Assembly (NCBI RefSeq): GCF_009914755.1 | Contig: NC_060929.1 | DNA: 64,000 nucleotides | Reading direction: 5' to 3' (one strand) | Origin: the human T2T-CHM13v2.0 reference genome, Homo sapiens | Shown here: positions 57,273-64,000 of the stretch, piece by piece | Numbering within the stretch: the first letter of the stretch is position 1 | Layout of the letters: each line of letters starts with the position of its first letter | Notes under the pieces: generated by a model | What the model was told of the DNA's origin: nothing | The model's input: the letters and a program-made list of their open reading frames with translations, nothing else | Databases searched by the model: none | Position numbers and translations under genes: made by a program

Positions 57273-57619
57273 CTAAACTCCCGCTTTCTGATCACATATC
57301 CCAACCTGCTCCAACTCCCTAAATCCTTCCACTGTGTCTACATGGTAGAATCTCCTACATCCACAACTTCTTATGTCAACTTTCCTTCTATTTCTTGATC
57401 TAACTCCTCATTCTCAAGCTTTTTTTTTAACCATGACCCACAATAATAAATTTTACATCAAAACACCATACGCACATACATACACACACATATTATATGT
57501 GTATACACAACTGAAGTCCCACAAAAACAAACCTTACTAAAATAAAGCTATATCAGATATGATTTTATTAATAGCCAAATAAACAAAAATTCAGAAATAC
57601 AAAGTTCCGTGAAAGAGTT

Positions 57620-58830
57620 GTTTACATGCACTGTCAACTGTTCTCTCATTCTTATGTTCTCTCCCTCCAGGATTTTACCTCCTCCATTCCACCAACACAG
57701 CTCTTATGAGGGTCACCAATGAGCTCCACATTGCTAAATTGGTGAATACTTCTCAGTCCTCACTTTAGTTGACCCATTAGCAGCATGTGACCTATTGGCT
57801 TTCACATGGCCCATCACCCCTCTTCCTCAAAACACTGCCTTCATTTGGCTTCCAGGGCATCCCTCTTGATTTTCCTAACTCAATGAGAGCTCCTCCTTAG
57901 TCTCCTGCACTGTTTTTCCTCATATCCTATCTCTAACCACTGAGAGAACCCCAAAGTTCTCCTCTGACATCTTCTCTATTTGAATGCACTTCCTCAGCTA
58001 TCTCCTCTAGTTCAACAGCTTTAAATTTACTAACTTCTACATTTCCATCTCTAGCCCAGACCTCTCCTCTGAACTATTTTTTTATTTTATAATATAGACG
58101 GGGTCTCACTTTGTTGCCCAGTCTGGTCTTGAACTCCTGGGCTCACATGATTCTCCTGCCTTGGCCTCCCAAAGTGCTGAGATTACAGGCATGAGGCATT
58201 GCACCTGGCCTGGACTCTTTATTCACATCCAACTTCTACTAATGGGCATCTCAATTTTCACATGTTCAAAACCCAATTTCTTTCCTGCCACAAAAGTACT
58301 CCTTATGCAGACCTCCATCTCATTAAATTCTAACTTTATTTTTCCAGTTGCATAAGCCAAAAATCTCGGAGTTACACTTGACACTCCTCTTTCATACACC
58401 ACATGTAATCAATCTACTGAAAAATCCTGGTGGCTCCACTTGGAAAATATACTCAGATCCAACCACCACTACCCACACTGGCTCTAACTAGTCAGCCTGT
58501 TTCCTCCCTTCAAACCTATGGTGTATTTTCAACACAGCAATCAGAAGTCTCTTTCTGTAAGTCAGATCATGCTATACCTTGGGTTCAAAACCTTTCCATG
58601 GACTCCCAGCTTAAAAAAGTAAATGCTGAAGACCTTACTATCGCTGACATATGGCCTGGCCCTTGACTACCTCTCTTAGCTCCATCTCCTTAATCTCTCC
58701 TCCTTACTTCCACTCCAGCCACGATTAACTCCTTGTTGTTCCCCAAACATGTTAAATACACTTGTGTCTTAGGGCCTTTCTATTTGTTATCTCCCTTGCC
58801 TGGGATACTCTCCCTCTAGTTGTACCTAGA
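57620..58830 (-). mobile_element. L2 fragment with an Alu monomer (58078-58210)
   Basis: gggtcaccaatgagctccacattgctaaat, tctagcccagacctctcctctgaact, cactccagccac are L2 motifs. Confidence 0.78.
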
Positions 58831-59146
58831 ACAGTTGAATCATCGCATAATTGCTAAAAGGACAAGTGACCATGTGACAACGTTCTTTCATCTTTTATGC
58901 TTGTAACACCAGAATTTACTTGAAAAAGTTTGTAAGTGGACAAGTATGAAAGACAGATATGTACACAAAGTAACAGGAAGGTAAAGATGATGTGAAAAAT
59001 GAAAACCAATCCACTGAAAGTCATTCTAATTGGTATTTATAAATGTAAAAACAAAAATGTTTTGCTGTTATGTAACAAAGAATATAGCCATCATCTATCA
59101 CTTCAACAAAACTATGAGCCCTAAAGTTTTCAGAAGTATTGCAGTT

Positions 59147-59290
59147 TGGACAGGTGTGGTGGCTCATGCCTACCGTCCCCAGCACTTTGGAAGGCAGGAA
59201 GATCACTTGAGGCCAGGTGTTCAAGGCCAGCCTGGGCAACACAGTGAGACCCTATTTCTACAAAAAATAAAAATAAATTAAAAAACAAAA
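59147..59290 (+). mobile_element. Alu left monomer
   Basis: Single arm with A tail; flanked by AAGTATTGCA. Confidence 0.8.
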
Positions 59291-59596
59291 AGTATTGCAT
59301 TTTGACAAAGTGAGTTCATGAAGAATACAAATAATAAGGTAGAACATAGTAGAGATGCATTTGAAATCCAAAATCCGTATTTAAAGGTAGGTATGTTCCA
59401 GATTCATGCATAATGACAGCTGCTTTCAAAGGATGTAATGCCTTTTAGGTATACATAAACATTCAAAACTGGGAAAATATGGGAAAAAATGTGGGTCTCC
59501 TATATTTGGATTCTCATTAAAATTGCTAACAAAGTTAATTTTCACCATCCCTTTATTCTTCTGTAAATTGTTTATAAAATGACTTGAAAAAGAATG

Positions 59597-60545
<949 letters not shown>

Positions 60546-60854
60546 TAAATAAAATTTTATAAGCAAAAACTCTGAAAATAAAAACAAATAGTTAAAATGG
60601 TAATGGGAAGACCATATAAACAACAGAAAATTAAAAGTTCTTAAACACATGAAAAGGTGCTGAACTTCACAATAAGATAAAAATGTACAAATATGAGATA
60701 ATCATTTTTAACTATTCAATTGACAAAGATTCAAAGGTTTGATAAATTATTGGCTATTTTGCAGGAAACAAACTCTCCATGTTGGTATAAATATAGATTA
60801 ATATAACCTCTACTGAAAACAATTTAGCAAACTTTTGTTTAAAATTTAAATGTA

Positions 60855-61152
60855 GGTCGGGCACGGTGGCTCATGCCTGTAATCCCAGCACTTTGGGAGG
60901 CCAAGGCGAGCAGATCACAAGGTCAGGAGTTCAAGATCAGCCTGGCCAACATGGTGAAACCCCGTCTCTACTAAAAAAATACAAAAATTAGCCGGGCATG
61001 GTGGCGTGTGCCTGTAATCCTAGCTACTCAGGAGGCTGAGGCAGGAGCACTGCTTGAACCTGGGAGGCGGAGGTTGCGGTGAGCTGAGATCACGCCATTG
61101 CACTCCAGCCTGGGCAACAGAGCAAGACTCCGTATCAAAAAAAAAAAAAAAA
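60855..61152 (+). mobile_element. AluS (Sg-like)
   Basis: Full dimer; TSD AATTTAAATG. Confidence 0.93.
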
Positions 61153-61341
61153 CAATTTAAATGCAATAGCCTCTTCAACACAGTAGTTCTAATTCTAGAT
61201 ACTTAATCCTAAAGATGCTGACTGTACTATTAAATAACAAATGATTAGAAACAAATTAAACTCTCATCCACAAGAGCTCAATTCATTAAGCGTGGTACAC
61301 ATCTGTAAGAATATCCTGTAAGTGCTTAAAAGAATGAGAGC

Positions 61342-64000
<2,659 letters not shown>

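Overview
This is human/hominoid genomic DNA that I recognise as the 5q13 SMA segmental-duplication region. It has two compositionally different halves joined at about 30,140. Bases 1-30,140 are AT-rich and Alu-poor (5 Alus), built from MaLR LTRs/proviruses, old L1s and Tigger-type DNA transposons, with no supportable protein-coding exon. Bases 30,141-64,000 are Alu-dense (about 33 Alus/monomers by eye) and carry, on the + strand, the last eight exons of NAIP (BIRC1/NLRB1): BIR3 tail/linker, the 2,112-nt NACHT exon and five LRR exons, all with canonical GT-AG sites and an unbroken frame to TAA at 50,685. I found no BIR-coding exons upstream, so this looks like a 5'-truncated NAIP paralog that could still encode a 1,056-aa BIR-less NACHT-LRR protein from ATG 32,939. 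The window ends in a 5'-inverted, ORF2-disrupted L1PA3-like element. I see no wholly new system. The best leads are the open BIR-less NAIP ORF, the L1/Alu microhomology junction, adjacent Alu promoter candidates, and possible read-through, intronic-polyA or circular isoforms. Repeat subfamily names and comparisons with reference NAIP are from memory of consensus sequences and were not computed.
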